A DNA stretch of 64,000 bases from an uncultured archaeon (GTDB taxonomy: Archaea; Asgardarchaeota; Lokiarchaeia; Sigyniarchaeales; SOKP01). The translations under genes were made by a program, and so were the position numbers. The notes below the pieces were generated by a model, which was given only the letters and a program-made list of their open reading frames with translations, did no database searches and was not told the origin of the DNA. The stretch spans positions 56,521 to 120,520 of the forward strand of contig CAYLZE010000003.1 of the NCBI GenBank assembly GCA_964388035.1. The letters run 5' to 3'. Shown here piece by piece: positions 9,541 through 18,463 of the stretch (its first letter is position 1; the number at the start of each line of letters is the position of its first letter).

Positions 9541-10029
9541 ATGGGCGCAGAAAAAGGTTTAAGCGTAATAGCAGGTATTTTAACGCTGATTGCCACCTAT
9601 ATATTAGTATGGTATACTACTGCGGGAGGTGAATACGCTTATGGGATTGGAGGAATACTTGGTTTTCTTGGTTTACTTACAGATTTTACTAATTGGGTCA
9701 CATATGTCGTCATAGTTATCGATGTCTTGCTTTTAATTTCATTTCTTTTACAATTTATAGGAGCAAAAAGCCGAGCAACCGCAATTATCGGAGCTATCAT
9801 GCCATTAGTCATTGGAATTTTTATTATCTTAAACACTTTTGGATTAGATGTTATTGGATTCATGAATTTTCTAAGCGTGTTCGAGACCTCCTTCACGATT
9901 GTTCCTGGGATCATACCTTTCGATTATGCACTTCCTACCCGACCTGAATCAATAGGGACATATGTGTTATTACTTGGTGGACTTTTAAGTTTAATTAGTG
10001 GCTTTATAAGTAGATCTATCTATTATTAA
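9541..10029 (+). CDS. 4-TM membrane protein, paralogue of 7629..8141
   Basis: Same motifs as the paralogue; AGTGA SD upstream. Confidence 0.8.
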   Translation: MGAEKGLSVIAGILTLIATYILVWYTTAGGEYAYGIGGILGFLGLLTDFTNWVTYVVIVIDVLLLISFLLQFIGAKSRATAIIGAIMPLVIGIFIILNTFGLDVIGFMNFLSVFETSFTIVPGIIPFDYALPTRPESIGTYVLLLGGLLSLISGFISRSIYY

Positions 10030-10161
10030 ATATCATTTCTTTTTTTAATCTTACTTTTCTTTTCTTTTCTTTATTTTCTATATTCTTAAAGCCTTCTAAC
10101 GAAAACTTTTATCGAAATGTGATGTTAAGATGAATTATAATTTATCCGTAATCAATCATTT

Positions 10162-10695
10162 TTGGAAAAAGATATGGAAGAAATAAAAGAACCTGATGGG
10201 TTAGAGAAAAAGTCAATTGCATTCGAAAAGAAAAGCATTAGTTTGCGGGTGGCATTAACAGCCATGACAGCAGCTTTATATACTGCTTTAGGGTATATTT
10301 TTCAGCCGATAAGCTTTTTAGGAATCCAATTTCGCGTGGCAGAATTGATTGCGGGAATGTGTATTTTATTTCCTTTTGAAGGGTTAATTGGCAAAGTAAT
10401 TGGTGTTTTTTTCGTTAACCTAAGTTCTCCCTTGGGGATCATAGATTTACTTAGTTGCATTGTAAATATTCCTGCTTTATATTGTATTATCATTTTTAGG
10501 AATAAGAAAAGATTGAAATACTTAGGTGGAATTATATACGCAATGATCATTTCCTTATATGTGGCAATTATCATTAATTTCGTATTACAATTGCCCATTT
10601 GGTTGATTTTCATTCAAGTATTGGTTTCTGAAGTCATACTAGCTTCTTTAGGGATTTTTCTATTCGATTATATACGAAAAAAAATCGAATTATAA
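10162..10695 (+). CDS. queT: QueT-family transporter (ECF S-component for queuosine precursor)
   Basis: AALYTAL..PISFLGIQFRVAE, N..SPLGIID. Confidence 0.75.
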   Translation: MEKDMEEIKEPDGLEKKSIAFEKKSISLRVALTAMTAALYTALGYIFQPISFLGIQFRVAELIAGMCILFPFEGLIGKVIGVFFVNLSSPLGIIDLLSCIVNIPALYCIIIFRNKKRLKYLGGIIYAMIISLYVAIIINFVLQLPIWLIFIQVLVSEVILASLGIFLFDYIRKKIEL

Positions 10696-10973
10696 TTAAA
10701 TTCAAAATAAGTTCAAAACGGGATTAAAGATAACTTCCAAAGTCTATTTTTTAATAAATTCTCTATATTACCGAATAGAACTATATTTCTCTTAGAATCT
10801 ATAGACTTAAATCTTAAATGGAGCGGGTTTTATTCATTAAATCGAGAATATATTAAAGAAAGTGTGATAAAAATCGAAAATCTTATATTAGAAAATTACA
10901 ATGCATCCGAGAATTTTAGAGACATTAGTCTTATTCCAAATGAATCTAATACAATTTGCCTTAAAAATAGCTT

Positions 10974-11423
10974 TTAAATCGATAAATAATTAGTCTTCAA
11001 GTTATTTGGAGGTTCAGATTGAACACAAACGGGCTCAATTAAGCTTTTAATTACGTTATTGAAGCTTTGATATTTCCTAATCTCTTTAACTTCCTGATAT
11101 GAAGCTTCCGGATACATGATTAAAAAAGTATTTAAACATTTCATGAGACTTTTTTCATAGAATGTAATTTTGTCAGAATTATCTAATAAAAAGAAGATCA
11201 TGGTATTTTTTTTCTCATGCATTAAAAACTTTAATTGATTCATCTGAATTAACCGTATTCTATTTTGACCCAATTCATTGCAGAAATGTCTAATTGCTGT
11301 CAAAAAACAGCCAATTAGCTCAGATCCTAGCGCTTCCTCTTTATATTGATTAAGAGAATTAAATTTTTTCGTATAGAGCGTTATTCCGCTAGGAATGTTT
11401 ATTATTGATACTATATGTATTAT
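10974..11423 (-). CDS. longin/roadblock-like domain protein (Asgard type); probable ATA start at 11423
   Basis: Extended frame reads (M)IHIVSIINIPSGITLYTKKF..SELIGCFLTAIRHFCNEL, matching the II..SG..L...L.SG.LTA...F pattern of 28344..29192. Confidence 0.7.
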   Translation of the reverse strand: MIHIVSIINIPSGITLYTKKFNSLNQYKEEALGSELIGCFLTAIRHFCNELGQNRIRLIQMNQLKFLMHEKKNTMIFFLLDNSDKITFYEKSLMKCLNTFLIMYPEASYQEVKEIRKYQSFNNVIKSLIEPVCVQSEPPNNLKTNYLSI

Positions 11424-11429
11424 TATTCA

Positions 11430-11436
11430 TCACTCC
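11430..11436 (-). promoter_or_regulatory. Shine-Dalgarno GGAGTGA upstream of the longin-like gene
   Basis: Core AGT ends 8 nt before ATA 11423. Confidence 0.6.
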
Positions 11437-11736
11437 AATCATTATAAAAAAATGATTACTCACCTATTGTTTATAAAAAACCATTTAAACTAGATGCTTA
11501 TATCATCTTTTCAATTTTACTGTTTTCACCACAATTAACTCCAGCAAAAAAGGAATATCTTTCATAGTTCAAATTTTCCAAATTCATGGCTTTCATTAAT
11601 ATTAAAGTGAAACAGAAAATCTTAAAAAATGAGTAGGTGAAATAAATTTAATAATTTCTTGAAATGAAAGCATTTGATTTATTTATTAATTCCTTTGAAA
11701 TAGATAGTGGATAATAAGTTATACAGACGATTAAGA

Positions 11737-12156
11737 TTATTTGATGATATCTGTAATGAAGCAGGTTTCTATTATTTTAATTCCTTCAATACGTGAAATT
11801 TTATTCTCAATAATTGGGTTGAACTCCTCAATAGAAGGTATTTCTAGCTTTAAAAATAACCCGCATTCTCCTGAAAGTCTCCAGATATCCGAAATTTCCT
11901 CTATAGTTGTTAATTCTTTTATAATATTCTTAATATTTTTAAAATTGGGTTCTATTTTTATCGTTGCACGTATTTTAGGTTTTGAGTTGATCTCATAATC
12001 AATAGTAAATTTTTTGATTATATCATCTTTAATTAAGCTTTTTACCCTCCTCCTGATAGTTGCTTCTGTTCTTCCTACTACTTTCGCAATATCGCTATAT
12101 GAAGATCGACTATCTTTTTCTAATTCCTCCAAAATTCTCTGATCTATTACGTCAAT
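11737..12156 (-). CDS. Lrp/AsnC family transcriptional regulator; probable ATT start at 12156
   Basis: (M)DVIDQRILEELEKDSRSSYSDIAK..EATIRRRVKSL...IIKKFTI; C-terminal RAM domain (LSGE..LFL). Confidence 0.9.
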   Translation of the reverse strand: MDVIDQRILEELEKDSRSSYSDIAKVVGRTEATIRRRVKSLIKDDIIKKFTIDYEINSKPKIRATIKIEPNFKNIKNIIKELTTIEEISDIWRLSGECGLFLKLEIPSIEEFNPIIENKISRIEGIKIIETCFITDIIK

Positions 12157-12165
12157 AAAATTACT

Positions 12166-12171
12166 TCACCT
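12166..12171 (-). promoter_or_regulatory. Shine-Dalgarno AGGTGA upstream of the Lrp gene
   Basis: GGT ends 11 nt before ATT 12156, the same spacing as for the iscS ATG. Confidence 0.65.
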
Positions 12172-12449
12172 ATTAATGATTCTTTTATCGATCATTTTTA
12201 AAAATGATCATCTTATTTATTAATTAGGATGAAGTATTATTAAATTTTATCATTTTATAGTCAAAAAGGAATATTGATCTTATCAAAACGAAAATTTTTG
12301 TAGCAAATTCTCTATTAAATTATTAAAACATGCATAATTAACCTCATTTAACATTAATTTTAAGTAAAAGTGCTTTTTATTAACTGTTGATAACCCTAAA
12401 TTTTATATTAAAAACTTTAATTTCAATGCATTTTAAAGGAAGATAGCCT

Positions 12450-13643
12450 TTAATTTTGGTTAAGCCCTTTTATTTTATTTTCATTTCCTGGAATAACAAT
12501 TTTTCCTTCCTCGATTTTTTTATATATCAACCCTAAAATGAATCCTAAGATAAAACCAACTATAATGTTAATAAGGAAACAGAGTAGTCCAGAAAGTAAA
12601 ATTATCATAAATTTTTTAATTTCAAAATCTTTCGTGGAGACTCTCCCCAATAAGAACGCAGTATAGAGAAGCATTGCTCCAAGAATTGCTTGGGGAAAAT
12701 TGGAAAACATCATAAAAAGGGTTTGAGAAAAAAATAGTCCTAAGAACAGTTCAATGGTTCCCTCCATGATCATTGAACCTCCTGTTCGTGCCCCAAAGGC
12801 ATATTGAGCTGCAAATCCTCCAGAACCATGACACAAAGGGATTCCTCCCAGGAAGGGACTAAACAAATTAATAACCCCCATATTATCTGCCAAAGTATTT
12901 GCATTTACTTTATTGGCTTGATCAGGAAAAAAATCCTTTATTAGGGCAGTTGTAGCAATCATTACATTAGTTAAAGTAAGAAATAATTGGGCAATTCCTG
13001 CAGCAACCATTCCTATTAATAGATTTTCCCAATTAGGTAAATAAAAATCAAAATAGGGCATATTAAATGCAATATCATTGGTAGAAACTAAATTTGTTAT
13101 AAGAATAAGGAATATACCAAGAAATACTAGGATGATTGCTGATGGATTCCATTTGAACTTCATTAAGACAAGAATAATTCCTACTGAAATAAATCCCAAG
13201 AGATAATTCGTTGAAAATAAGAGCAGAGCAGCCCATCCTAAGATTAACCCCAATCCAAGTTGAATCCCCCGCACAGTAATTGTTGGAACCTTCTTTATAA
13301 TATAATTAATTTTTTTTGAAAATCCTAATATAGCCCATACGATTCCTGTTCCAAATCCTGTTGAAATTACTAAACTAGGGGTCCATTTATTCGCTAGCGC
13401 AATGGTTCCTATGGTTTTTTGCGGTTCAATCGGTAAAGGAAGATTATATTTTATTCCAAGAATTATATTTGTGAGACCTAAACATAAAAAAATGCCAGCA
13501 GGATTTAACCGGACAATAGAAACATATCCTATAATGAAGGGAATAAGCGTTCCCCAATCTCCCAACGAACCCGATAATTCCCCTATGGTGAATTTTCTCT
13601 TAATTTTATGGATTATTTGTTCTTCTTGAAAGATTTCTGCCAT
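12450..13643 (-). CDS. molybdate/sulfate transporter (MOT1-like)
   Basis: ELSGSLGDWGTLIP, P.EPQKTI, VRGIQLGLGL, PLCHGSGGFAAQYAFGARTG. Confidence 0.88.
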   Translation of the reverse strand: MAEIFQEEQIIHKIKRKFTIGELSGSLGDWGTLIPFIIGYVSIVRLNPAGIFLCLGLTNIILGIKYNLPLPIEPQKTIGTIALANKWTPSLVISTGFGTGIVWAILGFSKKINYIIKKVPTITVRGIQLGLGLILGWAALLLFSTNYLLGFISVGIILVLMKFKWNPSAIILVFLGIFLILITNLVSTNDIAFNMPYFDFYLPNWENLLIGMVAAGIAQLFLTLTNVMIATTALIKDFFPDQANKVNANTLADNMGVINLFSPFLGGIPLCHGSGGFAAQYAFGARTGGSMIMEGTIELFLGLFFSQTLFMMFSNFPQAILGAMLLYTAFLLGRVSTKDFEIKKFMIILLSGLLCFLINIIVGFILGFILGLIYKKIEEGKIVIPGNENKIKGLNQN

Positions 13644-13818
13644 CCCAAATCATAATAAATTGCTTATTTTAATCAATGAAATTATTAGTATAAAAAAGAC
13701 CTTTCTACCTATTTAATACCGAAAAAAATCACATATATTTTTCCAATATCTATATTTTATTACTAATAGAAATTAACAATTCAAAATTTTGCCCTATCAT
13801 TCATGAGAGGTTATAAAA

Positions 13819-14436
13819 ATGACTAATTGGAGTAATAGCAGTAGGGAGATTCTCTTTTATCGGATAATTTTTGCGGGATTAGGTTTGATTACATTGATAA
13901 TTACTGCAGTGATTGGTGCGGAATTCTTTCTATTTAGTTTGATATCTTTTACCATGCAGACTAACTTGATGGTTTCTATTTGGTGGATCTTAGCAATCAT
14001 TTGGCATAATAAACCGGAAAAACTCAAAAAAATATCAGGATTACTTAAAGGTGCTTTCACTCTATATATTACAGTTACTTTTGTGATTTTTGCATTGCTA
14101 CTTAGCATATTCTATCAACCAACGGGTTTTGAAGCATTCATGAATCTAGTCGTACATTATATAGTCCCCATTGCATTTATCATTGATTGGTTGTTAACTG
14201 AGAAAGATATCAAATATAAATGGACATATTTGTTGTATTTTATGGCCTATCCTTTATGTTATTTGGTTTTTTCGCAAATATACGGCGATATTACGCGTAA
14301 TTATTTATATTACTTTTTGGACATCAGTACTTTAGGTGGTTTAGCGTTCGCTCTTTATGTGATATTCTTAATTGCTTTCTTTATTGCTGTAGGAAGCCTA
14401 TATATCGCAATAAATAGAAAAAGAATAAGGGAATAG
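13819..14436 (+). CDS. Pr6Pr / FAR-17a-AIG1-like membrane protein
   Basis: FTMQTN, VHYIVP..DW, YP..Y, YYFLD; 6 TM. Confidence 0.75.
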   Translation: MTNWSNSSREILFYRIIFAGLGLITLIITAVIGAEFFLFSLISFTMQTNLMVSIWWILAIIWHNKPEKLKKISGLLKGAFTLYITVTFVIFALLLSIFYQPTGFEAFMNLVVHYIVPIAFIIDWLLTEKDIKYKWTYLLYFMAYPLCYLVFSQIYGDITRNYLYYFLDISTLGGLAFALYVIFLIAFFIAVGSLYIAINRKRIRE

Positions 14437-14500
14437 ATTTCTTAACTCTTTTTTTTATATTTTAAATTAGTATTATGATGCATGTGATATGCTTCTCATT

Positions 14501-15622
14501 TTAACATTGATTTTTTTCAGCACTCGCTAATTCTGCTTTTTTATCCATTATTGTCATGTATGTAGCGGCAGTGTTTAAAGGCGGTATAATTTCCTCTTCT
14601 TTCTTGTATAATTTTATGGCTTCAGATGTGCATGTGGAAACACAAACACCGCAACCGATACATTTTGATCGATTAATATGAGCAATAGCGTTTTCAACAG
14701 TTATGGCATCCATATTGCAGCGATCCAAGCAAATCTCACAACCAATACAAGCATCTTCATCGACTTCTGCATAAAAATTTGTAGCAAAAAGGCGGGCAGG
14801 TTCATCAAATTGCTTTTGATTGGTCAGAACCTCGCAGCAACAACCGCAACAAGTGCATATGCACATAGGCCTCTGGGAATTGCCCGGCTGAATTACCAAG
14901 CCTGCTTCCTCTACTTTTTTTAAAATTTGGAATGCTCGTTCTTTTGTTATTTCCTTACCAAATCCTCGATCAATATAAGCATCTGCTGCTCTATTAAAGC
15001 TAAAACAAGATTCTCTTAAATCCGTTTTTTTACACGGGTCTCCGATTATATCTTTTGATTTCCTGCAAATACACTCAGCTACTGCAATTTTACTAGAATT
15101 TTCTATCAAAGTTCTAAGGTTATCATATGTTGAGATCCCCATCTCATTATCTATGCTCTGTTCAACAGGAATAACGCGTAATTGGGGTATGCCCGGTTTG
15201 TTATATTCATCCTTGAAGAAGGATTCTTCAAAATATTGCTTTACATCTTTAATAAACTCAGGAGTCAATCTCTTTAATTGATATTCGAACATTCCAATAA
15301 CCAAGGGCGCATTTGCATAATATTTTATTAATTTATCGCCCTCTCGATTTGTACCAAAATTAAGTAAACCTTTTTCATACATGGTATCTAGTGATTTTTC
15401 AAGGTTGTCGATTGAAATTCCTGTTTTTTTAACTTTTCTATAGATCTTTTCTAAGGGTTCAGCGATAAAATTTAATTTAGTTGCCAATTCTGCCTCTTCC
15501 GGGGTAAAAAGGTGTTGCAACACTTTCAATTCAATGCCAGATTCCGTTTTTGGAAATCCTACGGGCATTTTATCGAAATGCTGACGTAACTTTTGATATA
15601 TTTCCATTTTTTGATCAGACAT
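14501..15622 (-). CDS. 4Fe-4S binding protein with N-terminal HTH-like region
   Basis: CICR..C..C, CTCCGCCC, two CxxCxxCxxxC ferredoxin motifs. Confidence 0.88.
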   Translation of the reverse strand: MSDQKMEIYQKLRQHFDKMPVGFPKTESGIELKVLQHLFTPEEAELATKLNFIAEPLEKIYRKVKKTGISIDNLEKSLDTMYEKGLLNFGTNREGDKLIKYYANAPLVIGMFEYQLKRLTPEFIKDVKQYFEESFFKDEYNKPGIPQLRVIPVEQSIDNEMGISTYDNLRTLIENSSKIAVAECICRKSKDIIGDPCKKTDLRESCFSFNRAADAYIDRGFGKEITKERAFQILKKVEEAGLVIQPGNSQRPMCICTCCGCCCEVLTNQKQFDEPARLFATNFYAEVDEDACIGCEICLDRCNMDAITVENAIAHINRSKCIGCGVCVSTCTSEAIKLYKKEEEIIPPLNTAATYMTIMDKKAELASAEKNQC

Positions 15623-15690
15623 ACAACATCCAATATTTTTTAATATATAAAGTATTGTATTTACTATAGTTTTCTATACCACTATATGAG

Positions 15691-16470
15691 ATGCAAACGA
15701 TGATTGAAGAAAAAGAAGAATTTAAAGCAATTAATAAGAAAATTAACGATCTTAATAATAAAGTAACTGCTTTACAAGACATCATTCTTACCATGCATAA
15801 CGATTTTAAGATCTTTTTTGAAGCTAATCTTAGGACAAAATCCATACCTCAATTAGATCAAGAAACAAATAAATGTTATAAGGGATTTTTGGCTGATATT
15901 CCTTCAGATTGTAAATTTAGAACGCAGTGTTCTTTAATCATAGAAAATGAAGTTTTTAAAGTATTGAGAATTTACGAATTGACTGGACCTTCAGAGTCTT
16001 TAAAATATTTAGAAGGTACCATTATCAAATTAAAAAAATTAATAAAAAAGTCAAATTGCAGAAATGAAAATTGTATTAATAATGCATTTAAAATATTTAC
16101 GATTTTAACTGAACTTATTTCAGAACCTCATGAGAAACATCTAAATGCAAATTTTATAGAGGATATTTCCCCAAACGCTAATTTTTTTAATGATGAATTA
16201 GATGAAGCAATTAGTGAATTATTAGCACCATTATCAAACAATTTAAGAATCAAAATTTTAAAAGAATTGTCGAAGGGAAGCAAATCGTTCACTCAATTAG
16301 AGCAAGAAATAAAAATTCAAGGCGGCCATCTTCAACATCATTTAAAATATCTTATCAAAGCTAATTATGTAGAAAAGAAGGGAGATTATCATTTAACCAC
16401 ATCTGGATTGATCATTTTAAAGTATTTAAACAATTTAAGCAAAATAATCTATAATCAAAAGTATGAATGA
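15691..16470 (+). CDS. ArsR-type winged-helix regulator with Cys-containing N-terminal domain
   Basis: C-terminal PLSNNLRIKILKEL..SFTQL..GGHLQHHLKYL..YHLT..G. Confidence 0.8.
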   Translation: MQTMIEEKEEFKAINKKINDLNNKVTALQDIILTMHNDFKIFFEANLRTKSIPQLDQETNKCYKGFLADIPSDCKFRTQCSLIIENEVFKVLRIYELTGPSESLKYLEGTIIKLKKLIKKSNCRNENCINNAFKIFTILTELISEPHEKHLNANFIEDISPNANFFNDELDEAISELLAPLSNNLRIKILKELSKGSKSFTQLEQEIKIQGGHLQHHLKYLIKANYVEKKGDYHLTTSGLIILKYLNNLSKIIYNQKYE

Positions 16471-16583
16471 AAATTACTTAAAATAATCATTTGATCTAAT
16501 TTTTTCTTGAATAGAATACAAATTATTATACATCTTTTTTCTTTTTCTAAATTGTGTACTATATATTGGAATAGTGAGTTCAA

Positions 16584-17729
16584 ATGCGGTTCATATCCAA
16601 AGTAAAATTGGACTCCTTGCTTCAATTCATGGAAGCAGAGGGCATAGATTCATTACTCATTATAGATTTAGCCTATTTGGTTAAGGATGTTAATCTTAGA
16701 TATTTAAGCGGTCATCCTTGCGATGCAGCTTTAATCTTGAAAAGCTCAGGAGAGATGATACTATTTCCATGGGATTATGCTCTTGCTAAAGAGTATTCTG
16801 AAGTGGATTCAATAGCAGATTTAAGCACTATTAATAATAATTGGAAGCTTGCTGTATCAGAGTTTTTTAAAGAAAATTATCCCAGGAAAAAGCCAATTGT
16901 TGGAGTAATGGATTTTCTCCCTTATAATCTATTTCAAGAATTTACTTCTCTTCCGGTTATCGAGCTTTATAAAAAACCTAATATAATAACTAATTTTCTC
17001 AATAATTTACGGGTCACTAAAAGTGAAATAGAACTTAAATTTATTAAAGAAGCAATGGAAATAGGAAATCGACTACTAAAAAATATTCACGAAGAAATTG
17101 AAAAAAATATTCTACAAACAGAGTTAGAATTTGCGAGTTTCATTTTTAATAAAATGAAGGAATATGGAGCAGAAGATCATGCTTTTCCTGCAAGTGTCGC
17201 TAATATTACTCGTTCCCATCATTATCATGCTTTTCCTCCTGTCACTTTACAGAAATTCAAGCAAAAGGGCTTAGCAATAATTGATTTTGGAGCGCAAGTA
17301 AATGGTTATTGTTCTAATATAACCTTACCCATAAGTTTTGGGAAACTCTCAGAAAAACAGAATAAAATGAAAAATACGGTTATCAAAGCATTCGAAAATG
17401 CTGTTGAAGCAATACATGTTGGAGTTAAAGTTTCCGAAATAGAAAAAGTAGTAGCAAACGTAATAAATACAGCAGGATTCAAACATAATATTGCAGTGGG
17501 CCATGGTTTAGGATTAACTCCATTAGAAGCTCCAAGAATAAGAAAGGCTCCTGCAACTTCTCAAAAAAAAGAAGGCTGGAAAGATTATAAATTTAAAAAT
17601 GGAATGGTTTTCACCATTGAACCTGCAATTTATTCAAAAGGGGAAGGAGGAGTAAGACTCAAAAATGATTTTTTCATTCAAAATAATAAGTTGTATATGG
17701 GAACAAAATCCCAGTTTTGGCAATTTTAA
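16584..17729 (+). CDS. M24 (Xaa-Pro aminopeptidase/creatinase) fold protein with altered metal ligands
   Basis: NLRYLSG, LRVTKSEIEL, IDFGA..GYCSN, GHGLGL, FTIEPAIY, GGVRLKND. Confidence 0.85.
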   Translation: MRFISKVKLDSLLQFMEAEGIDSLLIIDLAYLVKDVNLRYLSGHPCDAALILKSSGEMILFPWDYALAKEYSEVDSIADLSTINNNWKLAVSEFFKENYPRKKPIVGVMDFLPYNLFQEFTSLPVIELYKKPNIITNFLNNLRVTKSEIELKFIKEAMEIGNRLLKNIHEEIEKNILQTELEFASFIFNKMKEYGAEDHAFPASVANITRSHHYHAFPPVTLQKFKQKGLAIIDFGAQVNGYCSNITLPISFGKLSEKQNKMKNTVIKAFENAVEAIHVGVKVSEIEKVVANVINTAGFKHNIAVGHGLGLTPLEAPRIRKAPATSQKKEGWKDYKFKNGMVFTIEPAIYSKGEGGVRLKNDFFIQNNKLYMGTKSQFWQF

Positions 17730-17846
17730 TATCATTTAAAAAGTAATGGATAAAGGATAATATAATAATAAAATATCGATAATTAGCATAGATTCAGAAA
17801 TCAGTAGTAAATTATATTGAAAAAGAAAAATAATTTAAATAATAGA

Positions 17847-18410
17847 ATGTCAAAAATTAAAATTCGATTAGGACCCTATTTATATCCGATGCCAGTTGTT
17901 CTTGTTGGAGCAATTGTTGAAGAAAAAGCTAATTTCATGCCAATTGCGTGGACTTGCATTGTTGAACATCACCCTCCATCCATTTTAATTTCATCCTCAA
18001 GGACTCATCATACAAATAAAGGAATATTAGAAAAAGGGACTTTCAGTATCAATACTCCTTCTGAAGAAATGGTGGTAAAGGCAGATTATTGTGGTTTATT
18101 CACGGGAAGAGATACCAATAAATCTGATATTTTCGAGGTTTTTTATGGTGATCTAAAGACTGCTCCATTGATAAGGGAATCACCCTTAAATCTTGAATGT
18201 AGGTTAGTAAATCATTTCGATTATAAAAACCACATTATCTTTATTGGAGAAATTGTACAAGCATATGCAGAGGAAGCATGTATAACGAATAATATACCCG
18301 ATATGGAGAAAATGAATCCTTATGTTTTTTCAATGAATGATAATAATTATTGGAAAATAGGAGAATGTATCGGGAAAGCGTGGAAAATAGGAAAAAATTA
18401 TGAAAAATGA
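17847..18410 (+). CDS. flavin reductase / flavoredoxin family protein
   Basis: YPMPVVLV, ANFMPIAW, FSIN.P, APLIRESPLNLEC, H.IFIGEI; ATG at 17847 preferred over TTG 17817. Confidence 0.9.
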   Translation: MSKIKIRLGPYLYPMPVVLVGAIVEEKANFMPIAWTCIVEHHPPSILISSSRTHHTNKGILEKGTFSINTPSEEMVVKADYCGLFTGRDTNKSDIFEVFYGDLKTAPLIRESPLNLECRLVNHFDYKNHIIFIGEIVQAYAEEACITNNIPDMEKMNPYVFSMNDNNYWKIGECIGKAWKIGKNYEK

Positions 18411-18463
18411 TAAGATTCGTTAAATAAAATAAATTAAAGAGTTATTAACTGGTTCTAAATTTT

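Noticed and set aside
10030-10165. preQ1 riboswitch upstream of queT
   Set aside because: No preQ1 consensus stem-loop or A-rich pseudoknot tail is visible.
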